Part shown: piece by piece, positions 50,067 through 62,100 of the stretch
Layout: each line of letters opens with the position of its first letter
Position numbering within the stretch: the stretch's first letter is position 1
DNA from: Chloroflexota bacterium
GTDB lineage: Bacteria; Chloroflexota; Anaerolineae; B4-G1; SLSP01
DNA length: 64,000 nt
Reading direction: 5' to 3'
Assembly (NCBI GenBank): GCA_036845725.1
Contig: DAIUDK010000001.1
Span: forward strand, 22,522-86,521
Position numbers and translations under genes: made by a program
The notes under the pieces: generated by a model
Seen by the model: only the letters and a program-made list of their open reading frames with translations
What the model was told of the DNA's origin: nothing
The model's database searches: none

Positions 50067-53000
50067 CTATTGGCCGCGCAAAATCACGGGCAAATAGACG
50101 TAGACAGTCTTTTGCTCAAGCGCGGTCGTCAGAACAGCTTGCGCCTGCACGGTTGGCGATTCAAGAATAGTGGCGGTTACGGTCAATATGTGCGGTGCTG
50201 CATCCAAGAGTGTTCCTGACTCAGGGATCGTCACTGTGACCGTCACGGGGGCAATGCCACCAACTGGCAAAGAAACCTGCGTTGGAACGATCTGCACCGG
50301 CCAGATACTCGACGGCGTAGTTAAGGCAACCGTTATAGGCAACGTCCCGACGTTGGTCACGGTCAGGTAATGAGACGCGGTTGCCCCAGGCAGCCCTGAC
50401 CGGTATGATACCGGCGGCGACAGTTCCAGGTCATAGGGAGCGGCCACCTCCGATGTTAGCACCAGCTCCGCCGGTGCCGTTATGCCCGGCCAGGAGGCAG
50501 TGACGCGGCTGGCGAACACGTTCAGATCGGTCCCGGTCGGGATCAGCACCGTCCAGGTGAAGGTCTGCACGGCCTCAGAATCCGACGCCAGATCACGCCA
50601 GATCAACGTTCCCAGCGCAACACTCGTGGCTGCCGGCGAATGAGACAATATCGTCACCGACGAGGGTAATGTGAGGGTCAAAACGCCATCTGTCATCGGC
50701 AACAGGCTATCGTTGAGCACCGTCAGAGTATAGGTGAGGGGAATACCAGGCCACACGCGAGCCGGCTGGGGTGTCAGCGCCAGCTCCAGGCGGGCCGGGG
50801 GCTGCGACAGACCCAACCATGCCAACCCGTCACGCAGGATAGTGGTCCGTTGCGCGCTATCGGCAACACCCTCCAGGCCAAACGCAAGGTAGATGAGACG
50901 GTGCGCGCCGTCGTCCACGGCCAACCCTGCCGCGCCGGTGGTATAGGTGAAGACCGGCGTCGCCGCCACATTATAAGGGGCAATCACGTCTGGGCTGGTT
51001 TGGTTGTCGGCCCCGCTTCCACCGGTCAACGTGACGTTCAGTCCGCTGTAGAACGAGAGGCCGACGGTTTCTGTCTCCCCGGCATTGTCCTGAATGAACG
51101 CAGCGTGCAAAACGTCGCGGAAGAAAGCGCCGTTGTCGTTCTTGATGTCCATCCCGATGTTCTGCCCGGTCACGAAGAGCCGCCCGCCGGCGTCGAGGTA
51201 AGTGAGCAGGGCGGTCTGCTCAGCGCGATTCAGGCTGTTGAGCGCATCGTCGCCGGTGAACCAGAACACACCCGTATAAGCCGCCAGCGTCTGGGGCGAC
51301 AACGGACCTTGCGTTGCTATCGTCCACGTCGCGTACGGAATTCTCAGTGCATCCAACGCCGGCAGGAGATAAGTCTCGTAGGACGCGCCGGCGTCGTCAT
51401 CCACGACCAGGAGCGCTGGCTTGGGATGCAGGCGCAAGGTGTGCGTCACCCACGCCCCCTCGGTGATGGTGACAGAGTAGGAACGCGGCCAATGCTCTGC
51501 CGCCGTCGCCGTGAACGTGTACACGTCAACCGGCAGCTCCAATGTCAGGGTCGGCGCTGCAGTCCAGGCCGTCCCCAATCCTTCCAGGGCGACGGTCGCC
51601 GTCAACGGTTGCGCCGATCCCAACTCGGCTACTATCAGAGAAAGCGTTCCCCAGGGCAACCGTTCCAGAGCAAAATCCTGCACAGAGGTCTCGCCGATAG
51701 CCATAGAAACGGTCGCCATGCTGCTTGCGTAGCCCAGCAGCGAAGCGGTCACGGTATACGTTCCGGCGTACAAAGGCAGGGTGTACTGTCCGGTGACATC
51801 GGTCTGGGTGACGTACTGGGCCGTGCCGCTGTCTGCTGTAACCTGCGCGCCGGATAGCGGAGTCGCCGTTCCCGAGACAACGACGGTACCGGTCAAAGCG
51901 CTGTCGTCCACCAACTGCACGAAGGCGGCAGAGATCGGGCCCCAGAAGCCATCGGCGTCCCGGCCTCGCACATAGACGAGATGTCGCCCGCGCGCCATGC
52001 CGGTCGTATCGATCTGAACCTGGGCGGCCTCTTCCGTTTCGTTGAAAGCGCCATCCAGCGCGAACATCGGAATGGGCGTACCGCCATCCCAGGGAGGTGT
52101 CCCCACGTAGATCTCCGCCGCCACAACTGCCTGGCCGGTATTCTTGCTATCGGCGTCATTGAGCGTCGCCTGCACGGTGATGGGCTGCCCAATCAACACC
52201 GCATCCGGCATCGCTGTGACGGTTTGGACGTGAGGGCCAAAGGACGTGAGATAGGGCGTCCGCGCGACTTTGGCGGCATAGAGGAGCGTGTCAACGTTCG
52301 GTTGGATCAAGGCATCGTAGCGCGAACAAGGTGGGTAAAATTCGTCGCTGCTCGAACCAATCTCAAAGGTGTAGGCCGCGACGCCCAATTCGCCGTAAGC
52401 CCAGTCATCGGTAGCGCCGCTAGTAGGATATAACGCGCTGGATTGCTGTGGGGTGAATCCGTTGAAGGACGCCATCCGCCGGCCGAGCATCTGCAATTGC
52501 GTGCCGTTCGGCGCGGGGGTGGAGGTATCTCCCCAAGGCCAAAGCACCAGATTACTGTAACTGTGCAGGGTGATGAAAACGCCGGTTGCATCGTCCGGCG
52601 CAGGGTCGGTGTCGTTGGGGCCGCGTTGATCGGGAAAAAGGGTAGCGACGAAGCTTTCCAATCGAATCGTTTCAATTTCAGAAGCCGCCGACGGCCCGCG
52701 ATAAGTTTCATCACAGGGGTTGGTGCTGGTGCCCGGCCCACCCCAATGGAAGCTGGAATTGCGGTTGAGGTCCACACCGTAGTCAGTGGAACTGCACGAT
52801 CCGTAAGGGTGGGTATTTTTGCGCCAGTAGGCCCAGGGTTGGCCCGGCTCGTTTTTTACGTGGCCGTCGGGATTGGCGCTGGTGAGAACGTAGATCAAGT
52901 GCTCGTCCAGCAACCAGGTCACGTCCGGGTCAACGTTGTAGTTCTCCAGCAAATACTGCATGAAGACCAACGCCGTCTCCGGGGTGATCAATTCGCGTCC

Positions 53001-53492
53001 GTGGATGTTCGCCACTAAGAAGAAAGTGGGTTTGTTGCTCGTCCCGGTCGCCTCGTTGGTCAAGCGCATCACCCGCAAAGGACGGCCCTCGTAACTCTGG
53101 CCGATGCTGAACAGTTGCGTAAAGTCGGGGTATGCTGCTGCCCACTGATCCAACTGCGCGTAGATCTCGTCCACCGTGCGGTAACACGGGAAACCGGGAA
53201 TAGTATCCGGCAGCGCGAGGTTCAGAGGCGATTCAGTGAAAGCAAAGCCAGCCGAGGTCAGCCACGCGTCGTCGGTGGTCGAGGTGTAGGCGACCACATA
53301 GCCGGTTTCCGGGTTCTGCGCGTCGCGGTGAACTTCCCACACATCCAGACGCGCCGTCAACGCCGCCAGTTCCTCCGCCGAAGCAAAGGTAATATGCACG
53401 ATACGGTCGCCGTCAGGGCTGTTGGCTTCGACAGGCAGGGCCGATATCAGGGTTATTCCTAATACAATGAGAAAAAGCCAGCATTTGCGCAT
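50067..53492 (-). CDS. M14-family zinc carboxypeptidase with CarboxypepD_reg-like and Ig-like domains, and a conserved C-terminal YLPVILR tail
   Basis: ...VANIHGRELITPE... carries the HxxE zinc ligands; ...ITLHSYS..., ...TFEIG... Signal peptide MRKCWLFLIVLGITLISALPVEA. SD GGAGGA. Ends ...KTVYVYLPVILRGQ. Confidence 0.8.
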   Translation of the reverse strand: MRKCWLFLIVLGITLISALPVEANSPDGDRIVHITFASAEELAALTARLDVWEVHRDAQNPETGYVVAYTSTTDDAWLTSAGFAFTESPLNLALPDTIPGFPCYRTVDEIYAQLDQWAAAYPDFTQLFSIGQSYEGRPLRVMRLTNEATGTSNKPTFFLVANIHGRELITPETALVFMQYLLENYNVDPDVTWLLDEHLIYVLTSANPDGHVKNEPGQPWAYWRKNTHPYGSCSSTDYGVDLNRNSSFHWGGPGTSTNPCDETYRGPSAASEIETIRLESFVATLFPDQRGPNDTDPAPDDATGVFITLHSYSNLVLWPWGDTSTPAPNGTQLQMLGRRMASFNGFTPQQSSALYPTSGATDDWAYGELGVAAYTFEIGSSSDEFYPPCSRYDALIQPNVDTLLYAAKVARTPYLTSFGPHVQTVTAMPDAVLIGQPITVQATLNDADSKNTGQAVVAAEIYVGTPPWDGGTPIPMFALDGAFNETEEAAQVQIDTTGMARGRHLVYVRGRDADGFWGPISAAFVQLVDDSALTGTVVVSGTATPLSGAQVTADSGTAQYVTQTDVTGQYTLPLYAGTYTVTASLLGYASSMATVSMAIGETSVQDFALERLPWGTLSLIVAELGSAQPLTATVALEGLGTAWTAAPTLTLELPVDVYTFTATAAEHWPRSYSVTITEGAWVTHTLRLHPKPALLVVDDDAGASYETYLLPALDALRIPYATWTIATQGPLSPQTLAAYTGVFWFTGDDALNSLNRAEQTALLTYLDAGGRLFVTGQNIGMDIKNDNGAFFRDVLHAAFIQDNAGETETVGLSFYSGLNVTLTGGSGADNQTSPDVIAPYNVAATPVFTYTTGAAGLAVDDGAHRLIYLAFGLEGVADSAQRTTILRDGLAWLGLSQPPARLELALTPQPARVWPGIPLTYTLTVLNDSLLPMTDGVLTLTLPSSVTILSHSPAATSVALGTLIWRDLASDSEAVQTFTWTVLIPTGTDLNVFASRVTASWPGITAPAELVLTSEVAAPYDLELSPPVSYRSGLPGATASHYLTVTNVGTLPITVALTTPSSIWPVQIVPTQVSLPVGGIAPVTVTVTIPESGTLLDAAPHILTVTATILESPTVQAQAVLTTALEQKTVYVYLPVILRGQ

Positions 53493-53562
53493 GGGATCCT
53501 CCAGAAAAGTGATGGGTAATGGGTAATGAGTTGGATAATGGGTCTTGAGTTTTGGGTTTTGC

Positions 53563-53597
53563 TGTGCGCCGCCTCCTTGTGGTGGAGGCGGCGCACA
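53563..53597 (-). terminator. Perfect 14-bp GC hairpin in the 118-bp spacer between the two giant-protein genes (no U-tract)
   Basis: tgtgcgccgcctcc-ttgtggt-ggaggcggcgcaca. Confidence 0.35.
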
Positions 53598-53610
53598 GGT
53601 TGAGAGCACG

Positions 53611-56600
53611 TTAGTCAGAAGCTCTTATGATTAACGGCAGGTATACCTGATACAGATGAACCGCAACGACTTGTTCTGCTACATCCCAGCCACAGGCGTT
53701 GGTCGCCGTCATCGCCACGGTGTAGGGGAAAATCGCGGTCTCGGTGGAGAAGGTGTGCGTGACGACAGCGCCAGTCGCCGTACCGCCATCACCAAAATCC
53801 CAGGTATAGACGATGGGCGGCGTGCCCGCCGTCACCGTGCCGGTGAACGTCGCCGTCTCACCGCCGAAGGGTTGTGCGGGTGTAAAAGTGAACGCCGCAC
53901 CGGATACGGAGATGCAGTCGAGCGTTGTTGTCAACAAGCTGGTCGTGGAAACCCCCGTACCCGCAGCGACGACACGGGCTGTATCGAGTGAGGCGGCCGT
54001 AGCAACCGGCACCGCGACCGTCGCCGTCACCGTGAGCGTCTGGCCGGGAGCCAGAGAAGCCATCTGTGAATTGAGTGTCGTCGACCAGGCAGCGTCCTCG
54101 ACGGAGAGTGTATAGGTATCGGCGGCATTGCCCATGTTCGACAGGGTCAATGTGTAGACCACCGTTTCGCCAGGGTCTGCATCCATCGACGCCGTCTGCG
54201 GGGAGAGCGCCACACCGTACACCGCGTTCGCGGTCGTGGTCACGGTTGCTGTCGCGCGCACGGCGGCATTGGCCTGTGACATCGCCGCCAACGTCGTCGC
54301 GGCGGCATCGCCAGCCAGGGCGCTCGCCGGGATTGTCACCGTCACCGGGACGGCGATCCCAACACCAACCTCCAGCGCGCCCGTTGTCGCCGTGACATCG
54401 ACCGGCCATACGCTTGTTGGGTACAGCGCGAACGTGTCCACGCAATTGCCGGTGTTCGTCACCCACAACGTGGTTTGCAGCACCGCAGCGGGATCGCCAG
54501 TAAGTTGCAATGGGTTCACGACGGCCTGCACGGCATATACGGCCCGGGCAGACGTCGTAGCCGTCGCTGAGACAAAACGGGAGGGACTTCCCTGCGATGC
54601 GACAGTTACCGTCAGTGTGTCCAACGCATCACACAAAGCGGCGTTGGGCACGGTCACGGTCACAGTGACCGGGGCGCTTTCTCCTGCAGCCAGCGGGCCA
54701 ACCATGGGTGTAGCGGTCGCGATCCAGTCGTCGCCGGAGAGCGTTACCGTGTAGGTGTCCGTCTCCAACCCTTCATTCGTCAGCATGAAGGTGTATGTCA
54801 CTTGCGCACCGGGCAAGCCACTTTGTGCCGCAGCAGAGGGCGACAACGCCACGGCGTAGGGTTGTACCACCGTCAGCGTGATGGGAACGCTCAACTCACC
54901 ATAGGGTGTACTGTTAGCAACGCGCAGATGAGCAGGGTAGACACCCGCGTCCATACCGCTCGCGTCGAAGTGTAGGGTTACGGCCTGCTCGCCGCCGATC
55001 CCAACCGTGCCCGTCACCGGATCGCTGGTCAGCCACGCCACCTCCTGCCAGGCGCAAACGCCGGTCTCGCCGGAAATGGCCTGGATGACCTGCCCCGTGA
55101 CCTGATTGACCGCCCACAGATTGCCGTCGCAATCCAGTGAGAGGCCGGCCTGCTCGAAGCTGCCCAGGCCATCAATGTCGAAGCCGCCAATGATGGTATA
55201 GCCGGCCGCCGTGTCGATGACGTACACGTCGCGCCCTATCGCAGCGTTGGACATCACAAACAAGTGGCGGGTCGCGGGGTTGTAAGCCAGACCGGCGATG
55301 TTCAGCTTTAGATCGTAGGAGTCCAACAAGCGCCCGGTCGCATCGAAGTGGTAGACAATTTGATCGTTCCACGAGCCGCTGTAGAAGGTGTCGGTCGTGG
55401 GATCGTAGGCCAGACCGCGCTCGGATACGCCGAAGGGCGGGCAAAGCGCGCGCCCGGTTGCCGCCGCCGTCCCCGGCGCGGTTGCTGGATCCAGTTCGTA
55501 CACGCAGCCATCTTCACCCACGTTGATCTGCCAGAGATTGCCGGTGATGGGGTTGTAGGCAATGTCGGCGGCAAACAGTGCAACCCACGGTGAGGTCGGC
55601 AGGGATGCGCCGGTGGGCGTACCGTCGGGTTCAAAAGCGACGTTGCGATCTTCGCCGCCGCCGAGACGGGTATCACTTAGCCAAAGCAGACCGGCAGCCG
55701 TGTCATAGGCGACGCCCCATGGCGAAACCAGGCCACTATCCCAGGTCTGGATGACGGTCCCTGCATCCAACAACGGCACGTCGGGCGGATCGTATTGGCG
55801 GACAGTAGTGGCATTGAGGTCGTGCAAGTGCTTGGGTGAGACGCGGCGCGTCATCCCGGCAAACGGCCCGGTGACGGTAATCGGCGTGAACGGCGCGTTG
55901 ATCTCCTGCAAGGTGAAACTGGCGCTAAACCCGCCGCTGTTGCTGAGCGTGATCGCGCGCGTGGTCATCGTATCGGCAGTCATCGTCAATGTAAGCGCAT
56001 TCGGCGCGACTGCAAGCTGTCCCGCATCGAGAGCGATGTCGTGGGCAACCGCTACACCGGCAGTCACAGTCGCCGTGACGACGCCAGGCGCGTAGCCGGT
56101 CGCCGTCGCGGTGACGACGTGTGTCCCGGCAGGCGCGAAGAGCGTGTAGAAGGCCCCCACGCCGGGTGCATTGTGCGTGCTGGCCTGAGCGGTGTAGCCC
56201 GCATCGTCGCGCAACACCGCAGCGACCGCTGCTCCGGTGTTGGCATCGGTCACTTCACCGACGATTAAGCCGCCCGCTGTGGGAGCACACGTCGAGGTCC
56301 CGACGAACACGTCATCCACTTGCCACCACCATTCGTAGTTGGCGTTGTAGTAGTGGAAGCGCACGCGCACGTCAGATTTCCCGACCGCCAGGGCGGAAAG
56401 GTTCACGCGCGCGGTTTTGGGGCCGCGGTCGTTGGCGCCGCTGCGCTGCCAAACGTTGGTCCAGGTCGTTCCCCCGTTCACACTCACGTCCACGTCGGCA
56501 ATTTCATTCTCGCCATAACTGTACCAACGAAAGTCATACTTGAATTCGAGGATGACCGCCGTCTGGGAAGAGAAATCCATAACGGGCGAGTATAAGACGG

Positions 56601-59007
56601 CGTCCACATTTTTCGCGCCCGCGTGGTCGCTATCGATGAGAGCAAACGATCCCGTCCCGCCAGTGCGGTTACCAAGCGACTTCGAGTCATCGAAGCGCCA
56701 CACCACGCCGGCCCCGGCGTTATCCACCAGTGACCAACCGGCAGGCAGAGCGCCACCATCGAAGGATTCTGTCGTCCCAACACGGCTGAGACTATAACCC
56801 GGCGCACGGCAGGTGACCGTATCCGCATGCAAAGCCACATTGCGCGTCACATTGCCCATCAACGGGCCGAGGGAAAAACTGGCGGGCAGGTAGCCGGAGA
56901 CCCAGGCTTCGACCTCCAGCGTGTAGGTGACTCCAGCCGCCAGCGTGAGGGTGTACGCGCCGCTGAGCGGATCGGTCCACACGACGTCGTTAGGCGCGGG
57001 CGGGTTGTAGGGCACACCCTGCACGCGGATGCGCGCGTAGAGCGGCCAACCGGTGAGCGCGTCGGTGACGGTCCCAGAAACGACGTAGGTCGGCGCGGGG
57101 GTGAGGGACAGGTTGAGTGTGGTGGTCGCGTTGCTGGTGACTTCGACGCCGGTTTGCGTGCGCGGGAAATAGCCATAAGCGCTGGCGGTGACGGTGTAAG
57201 TCTCCGGTTCAAGCAACAACACGTAGGAACCATTGCCGGCGCTGGTGGTGGCTTCCGTTCCGGATGGGCCGACAGCTTCGACGCGCGCGCCGCTCACGGG
57301 TGAAGATGTGGCGGCATCGGCGACAACACCGCGCAGCGTGCCGGGTTCGGCAGCCGTGCAGCCCGGAAAGCGAAAGGAGCCGATACGCGTCGACCACGAC
57401 GCGTATCCTGTCGTCGCCATGTACTCCTGCGTATACCAGAAGGTGCAATCGTCCACCGGGTCGATGCCCATCATACTGTAATCGCCCCAGCGATTGTAGG
57501 AACTACTCTGGTAACCGCTACCGGCAACTAACGAGACTTCATCCTGGGGCAACGTCCCCAGGGGATCGTTCGCCAGCCGCCCGGCGTACCGCACAGAGGG
57601 ATAAACACTGCTGCTGGAGACGCTGTAGCCCAGGGCCATGTTGCCCTCTCCATCCATCGCCACACTGCCCATCCAGCGGTGATGGGAATCCGGGGCGTAC
57701 GTGCCTTGCTGGTAAATGACGGGTGAACCACCGGGGTCGCGGACTTCGTACCAGCGCACGCCGGCGATGCCACTTCCGGCGTTGACCGTGTGGTTGACCA
57801 CGAGCGATTCGTGCGTGCCGAAGTTGCGGTAGGCCAGCCGGTACATCAGCCGGTCGCCGATGGCATCCAGCCGCACCGACGTGCCCGGCTGAGGGATGCA
57901 ATTGCGCGTGCTAGAACAGATCGGCGTCCACTCGGCCACGGGGATGACAAAGTTAGGCTGTCCGTTAAGGCCAAACGTCGTATTGGCAGGGTTGGCCCAA
58001 TCGACGTGGAATTCCCAGATCCGCATGGCGTCGTTCGGCCTGATCCAGGAACCATCATCCACTTCCATAAAGTAGTTGGGCGCACCCGCCGGCGGCAGCG
58101 TAGCGCCATCGAGGTCGGAGGGCAACATCCCGCCGAAATTATCGTTGACGTTATAAAGGTCAAAGAATTGAAAGGATGCCGTGGGGTCGCCGGTGAGCAT
58201 CTTATCACGCTCGAAGACGAAGACGCCCGCCCCACCCCAGTACTCGCTGTTGGTGAACTGGTTGACCGTCATATAGTACCCATCGGGCCAGACACCGAAC
58301 TTGGGGTAGTCGTTCATTTTGGTGGCGCTAACCTGAAAAGCATAACGATACCAGGCGCCGGTGGGGTCGGCGGTCTGGGAGACGGCGATACATTGGTAGT
58401 ACGGGCCATCGACGGAGAACTGAGTCATCAGCCAGCGATTGGCGATGGGATCAAAGAGGGTAATCGGGTCACCGTCGTTGGTGTTCGCACAAACACCGCC
58501 GAAGCCCTGCCAGATTGTGTTGCCGGTGACAGGGCCGTAGACCAGCGTAGGCGTGTTGGTCACGTCCCAGACGGCAAAGGAGAGGTTGACCCATTGCACA
58601 TAGTATTTCGTCCCGGTAGCCGGATCGTAGCCGATGTCGCCCTGGGTGTCAGGCGGATGCACGCCGTTGATGTTATCCAGGCCATCGAAGCTGGTGAGCG
58701 GCGATGGCATCGCCATGGGACCGGTTACGCTTTGCAGGACGCGGTCCGTCGTGTAAAACGCATCCGACTGGACAGCTTTAGGAAGGCGGAACGAAAACGC
58801 AGTTTCGTCTCCCCCTATCGCCTGCTGGCCGCTGTCTATTGATAGCGCGCGTAACGCCGGAGAGACGTCCATGCGCTCGGCGTACCCCACGGTGGGCGTC
58901 AGCGGCGCGGGCGGGGCGGCGAAGGCCAGGCGCGGGGGTATGGCCAGCGCGCCGAAAAACAAAACGAGCAACAATGATAAACAAAGATTCTTTTTCACGT
59001 TTGTCAC
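53611..59007 (-). CDS. Giant (about 1800 aa) secreted multidomain protein: N-terminal unknown domain, CarboxypepD_reg-like domains, MAM/jelly-roll-like domain, beta-propeller region, CARDB/Ig-like repeats, PKD domain, and a conserved C-terminal YLPLIIR tail
   Basis: Signal peptide ...KKNLCLSLLLVLFFGALAIPPRLAFA. GTG start at 59007 with GAGGGAG 5 nt upstream. PKD signature WDFGDGG. Ends ...HLYQVYLPLIIRASD. Confidence 0.6.
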   Translation of the reverse strand: MTNVKKNLCLSLLLVLFFGALAIPPRLAFAAPPAPLTPTVGYAERMDVSPALRALSIDSGQQAIGGDETAFSFRLPKAVQSDAFYTTDRVLQSVTGPMAMPSPLTSFDGLDNINGVHPPDTQGDIGYDPATGTKYYVQWVNLSFAVWDVTNTPTLVYGPVTGNTIWQGFGGVCANTNDGDPITLFDPIANRWLMTQFSVDGPYYQCIAVSQTADPTGAWYRYAFQVSATKMNDYPKFGVWPDGYYMTVNQFTNSEYWGGAGVFVFERDKMLTGDPTASFQFFDLYNVNDNFGGMLPSDLDGATLPPAGAPNYFMEVDDGSWIRPNDAMRIWEFHVDWANPANTTFGLNGQPNFVIPVAEWTPICSSTRNCIPQPGTSVRLDAIGDRLMYRLAYRNFGTHESLVVNHTVNAGSGIAGVRWYEVRDPGGSPVIYQQGTYAPDSHHRWMGSVAMDGEGNMALGYSVSSSSVYPSVRYAGRLANDPLGTLPQDEVSLVAGSGYQSSSYNRWGDYSMMGIDPVDDCTFWYTQEYMATTGYASWSTRIGSFRFPGCTAAEPGTLRGVVADAATSSPVSGARVEAVGPSGTEATTSAGNGSYVLLLEPETYTVTASAYGYFPRTQTGVEVTSNATTTLNLSLTPAPTYVVSGTVTDALTGWPLYARIRVQGVPYNPPAPNDVVWTDPLSGAYTLTLAAGVTYTLEVEAWVSGYLPASFSLGPLMGNVTRNVALHADTVTCRAPGYSLSRVGTTESFDGGALPAGWSLVDNAGAGVVWRFDDSKSLGNRTGGTGSFALIDSDHAGAKNVDAVLYSPVMDFSSQTAVILEFKYDFRWYSYGENEIADVDVSVNGGTTWTNVWQRSGANDRGPKTARVNLSALAVGKSDVRVRFHYYNANYEWWWQVDDVFVGTSTCAPTAGGLIVGEVTDANTGAAVAAVLRDDAGYTAQASTHNAPGVGAFYTLFAPAGTHVVTATATGYAPGVVTATVTAGVAVAHDIALDAGQLAVAPNALTLTMTADTMTTRAITLSNSGGFSASFTLQEINAPFTPITVTGPFAGMTRRVSPKHLHDLNATTVRQYDPPDVPLLDAGTVIQTWDSGLVSPWGVAYDTAAGLLWLSDTRLGGGEDRNVAFEPDGTPTGASLPTSPWVALFAADIAYNPITGNLWQINVGEDGCVYELDPATAPGTAAATGRALCPPFGVSERGLAYDPTTDTFYSGSWNDQIVYHFDATGRLLDSYDLKLNIAGLAYNPATRHLFVMSNAAIGRDVYVIDTAAGYTIIGGFDIDGLGSFEQAGLSLDCDGNLWAVNQVTGQVIQAISGETGVCAWQEVAWLTSDPVTGTVGIGGEQAVTLHFDASGMDAGVYPAHLRVANSTPYGELSVPITLTVVQPYAVALSPSAAAQSGLPGAQVTYTFMLTNEGLETDTYTVTLSGDDWIATATPMVGPLAAGESAPVTVTVTVPNAALCDALDTLTVTVASQGSPSRFVSATATTSARAVYAVQAVVNPLQLTGDPAAVLQTTLWVTNTGNCVDTFALYPTSVWPVDVTATTGALEVGVGIAVPVTVTIPASALAGDAAATTLAAMSQANAAVRATATVTTTANAVYGVALSPQTASMDADPGETVVYTLTLSNMGNAADTYTLSVEDAAWSTTLNSQMASLAPGQTLTVTATVAVPVATAASLDTARVVAAGTGVSTTSLLTTTLDCISVSGAAFTFTPAQPFGGETATFTGTVTAGTPPIVYTWDFGDGGTATGAVVTHTFSTETAIFPYTVAMTATNACGWDVAEQVVAVHLYQVYLPLIIRASD

Positions 59008-59132
59008 ATTTTCTCCCTCAGTCTGAATACCAACCACAGCGTACTATACCATTGAGCGATGTGAAGTCCAATGCAGTGCGAGCCAGAGTCTTTTCATTCT
59101 CCTGGTGCAACGTATCTCCTCTCCCACAAAGT

Positions 59133-59163
59133 GAGGGCCACCAGGGTAGCCCTGGTGGCCCTC
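59133..59163 (-). terminator. Perfect 14-bp GC hairpin 3' of the 59197 giant-protein gene (no U-tract)
   Basis: gagggccaccaggg-tag-ccctggtggccctc. Confidence 0.35.
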
Positions 59164-59196
59164 TTGAGAAAGCAACGTGTTAGAGCAGGTTACCTG

Positions 59197-62100
59197 CTAC
59201 TGCGCGTTGCGCATCACGAGCGGCAGATAGATGGTGTGCATCACCCGCCCAACTCGCACCACAGCCTCAGCGGTAAACGGCAGATCGTTCGCCGTTACCG
59301 TGACGGTGTTCGTGATCAACGTACCCAACTCCACATCATCGTTCACGCGAACGACGAAGCTGAAGGTAACGGTTGCGCCTGCTTCGAGCGACCCGGCCCA
59401 CGTCACCGCGTTGCCCGGCGGATCTGCCACAGTTGCGCCGGAGACGCTGCCCAACACGTAGGTCGTGTTGGCGGGAACGGGATCGGACGCCGTTAGATCG
59501 AGTGGCATATCGTAGCTGTTGGTGAAGACCACGGTGTAGGTGATCAGCTCGCCGGGCAGCACGAAGTCCGCCGGATCGGCAGTCTTGACGACATCCACCC
59601 GGACCGCCGGTTCATCGAGCACAGTCAGCCGCACGGGGCGGACGAACAGACGTTCCACCGCCGCGTTCGTGTGCGCGATTTCCAGGACGGTTGAGTAGAC
59701 GTCGCCGGCGACCAGGCCGGTCGAGTCGAACGTCAACACCACCGGCACACTGCTATCCGCCGGGACGACGCCCGTCTTGGGCGCCACCGACAGCCACAGA
59801 CTGGAGCCGGAGATGTCGTCGTAGGCGAAGTCGCCCGCACCAACGTTGTGGATGGTGAGAGTGCGCGTGAGGGTGCGTTCCTTGGGCAGTGTCTCGTCGA
59901 AGCTGGTCGGCGTGACGCTGACGCAAGGCAGATCGATACGCAGGCTCACGTTGCGCGGCAGCATCCCCGTTTGCGCCGTTCCATTCGCCGTGACCGGTAC
60001 GTAGCCAGGATGCGAAACGGTTATGGTGTAAGCATCACCGGTCGCGAGCCAGGCCGCGTAGGTGCCATCAGCGCCCGTGGTAAGTATGAAGCTGTCACCC
60101 GAGCTGGTCGAGACGGCGACTTGCACGCCCTCCAGCGTTTCGCTGACCTCGTCACACTGCGACCAGGCGGTGACAACACCTTCGAGTCTCACCTGCGCCG
60201 CCTGCAGCACGGTCATCGTCACAGGGATAACGAATAGCGCTTGCTGCGGATCATTGGTCTCTACCCACAGTTCGGCCAGATAGTCGCCCGGTAAGGTGAC
60301 TTCAGGCACGGACGCGTCGAGCGTGACCACGACCGTCGCATCGTCGTGAGCGGCGATGTCGCCTTCGTCCACATCCACCGACAACCACGTGACTTGATCG
60401 GACCGGCAATTCGTCTCCTCGCCAGGGTAAGCGAAGCAGATCGCCAGTTCGTCGGCCAGCGCCGGCCCGTAGTTGAGGCCGACGATGCCGAGCGCGTCTT
60501 CGATGCCGGTGCTCGCGTCAGGTGCATCCACCGTCTCGTACTGCATCAGGATGCTGCCGGAGCGGAAGAGAATGGCCTGGAAGGTTCCTGCCGGAGCGCC
60601 GCCAGCGTGCGTGAAGTCGTCGTACTGCACGATGAAGCAGGCGTCCACGGCAGTCCCTGCCGGGTTGTACGGACACTGCGGGAAGTTCTGAACGTAGACG
60701 GTTCCCGGAAGCAGATCGTCCCAGGCGACGGCGATGAGGTTGTTGGGCAGCGTCGGGCTAGGCAGCGCGTCGGGGCTGAGGTCGGTGGAGCCGGCGCCGA
60801 AGGAGAGGAAGCCGTTGCTGTTGACGAAGACGGAGTCGTAGAGATTGGGATCGACGTCGCTATCGCCGTAGAACTTGAAGTCGAAGCCGATGTCCACTTC
60901 AACGGAGTCATTGTCGCCGAGCGTTACCGGCGTGCCGATGCCGGAGATGTCCACGAAGCCGTAGGCCGGGCCGACGCCCGCGCTGTTGGAGTCGGCGAAC
61001 TCATAGCCGAAGCCATCCGGGCCGCCGGCGGCCAACGGGCCGAGTATGTCGAAGCCCAGGCTGCGCTCGTCGATCTCGAACGTGCCGGTGAAGGCGCCCA
61101 GGTTCGCCAGGTTGAGGTCCACCGTAGTGACGGCGCCCATCTCCACAGAGACGGCCAGCGCGTCCGGCGCGACCGTGATGCACGGCTGCATGAAGAGCAG
61201 GTCAGCGTTCTGCGTGGTCACTTCACCGCCGGCGATCTCGACACCGGTGAACACCTGCGCGTCGTAACCGGCCTCATAGGAAATAGTAACGGTGAACGGG
61301 CTATACATCCCGTCGATCCAGATACCGTAGATACCGGCGGCATCGGTTTCGACGGCCCAGGTGTCGGTGGTCACGGTGCTTTCGACGAAGATGACGGCGC
61401 CTTCCAGCGGCATGGTCATCGCGTTACAGTAGCCAAGACCCTGCACCAGGCCGCCGATCTTGCCCCACGTAGCGGGCGGTTCGACGGTCATGGTGACGGG
61501 CATGACGATTTCGTTGCTGCCTTTGAAGGTCAACGTGGCGTAGTAATCGCCAGGTTGTGTCACTTCCGGCACGCTCGCGTCGAAGGTGAGGGTGACGGGG
61601 GCGGTGGCGTCAGGCGCGACCGTTCCAGAGGTCGGATCTTCGTCCAGCCACGGGACGCCGCCCGCTGCCAGGAAGTCCATAGCCCGCTCAACGATGGCCG
61701 TTTCTACCGGATCGCCTACGGCGCTGCCGCCGGCGTAGTAGAAGTCCCAAGCCAGATAGATGGCCTTGTAGCCCAGACGCTCCACCTTAATGCCCGCGCA
61801 GTTGAGGCTAGGCGCGTCGAAGATACAGGTTCCTTCGGCGCCCACGGTAAAGTCATCGGGGTACGGGTCGGCGCTGATGTCAGGATCGATGCCGGCCATG
61901 ATATCCAGGCCGGTCAACTGTCCATCCGATCCACTGTCGCTCACGTAGGTGGACTGGAGGTAGGTCTGGTAGAAGGTGGTAGGGGCAGTACGATTGCTGT
62001 ACCCCAGATCGTTGTCGGCGATCAGGAACGAGCCGCCAGCATCCAGGTAGGCCAAGGCCTTAGCCCAACTGTCGCCAGAATAACCACCGGCGTAGAAGAC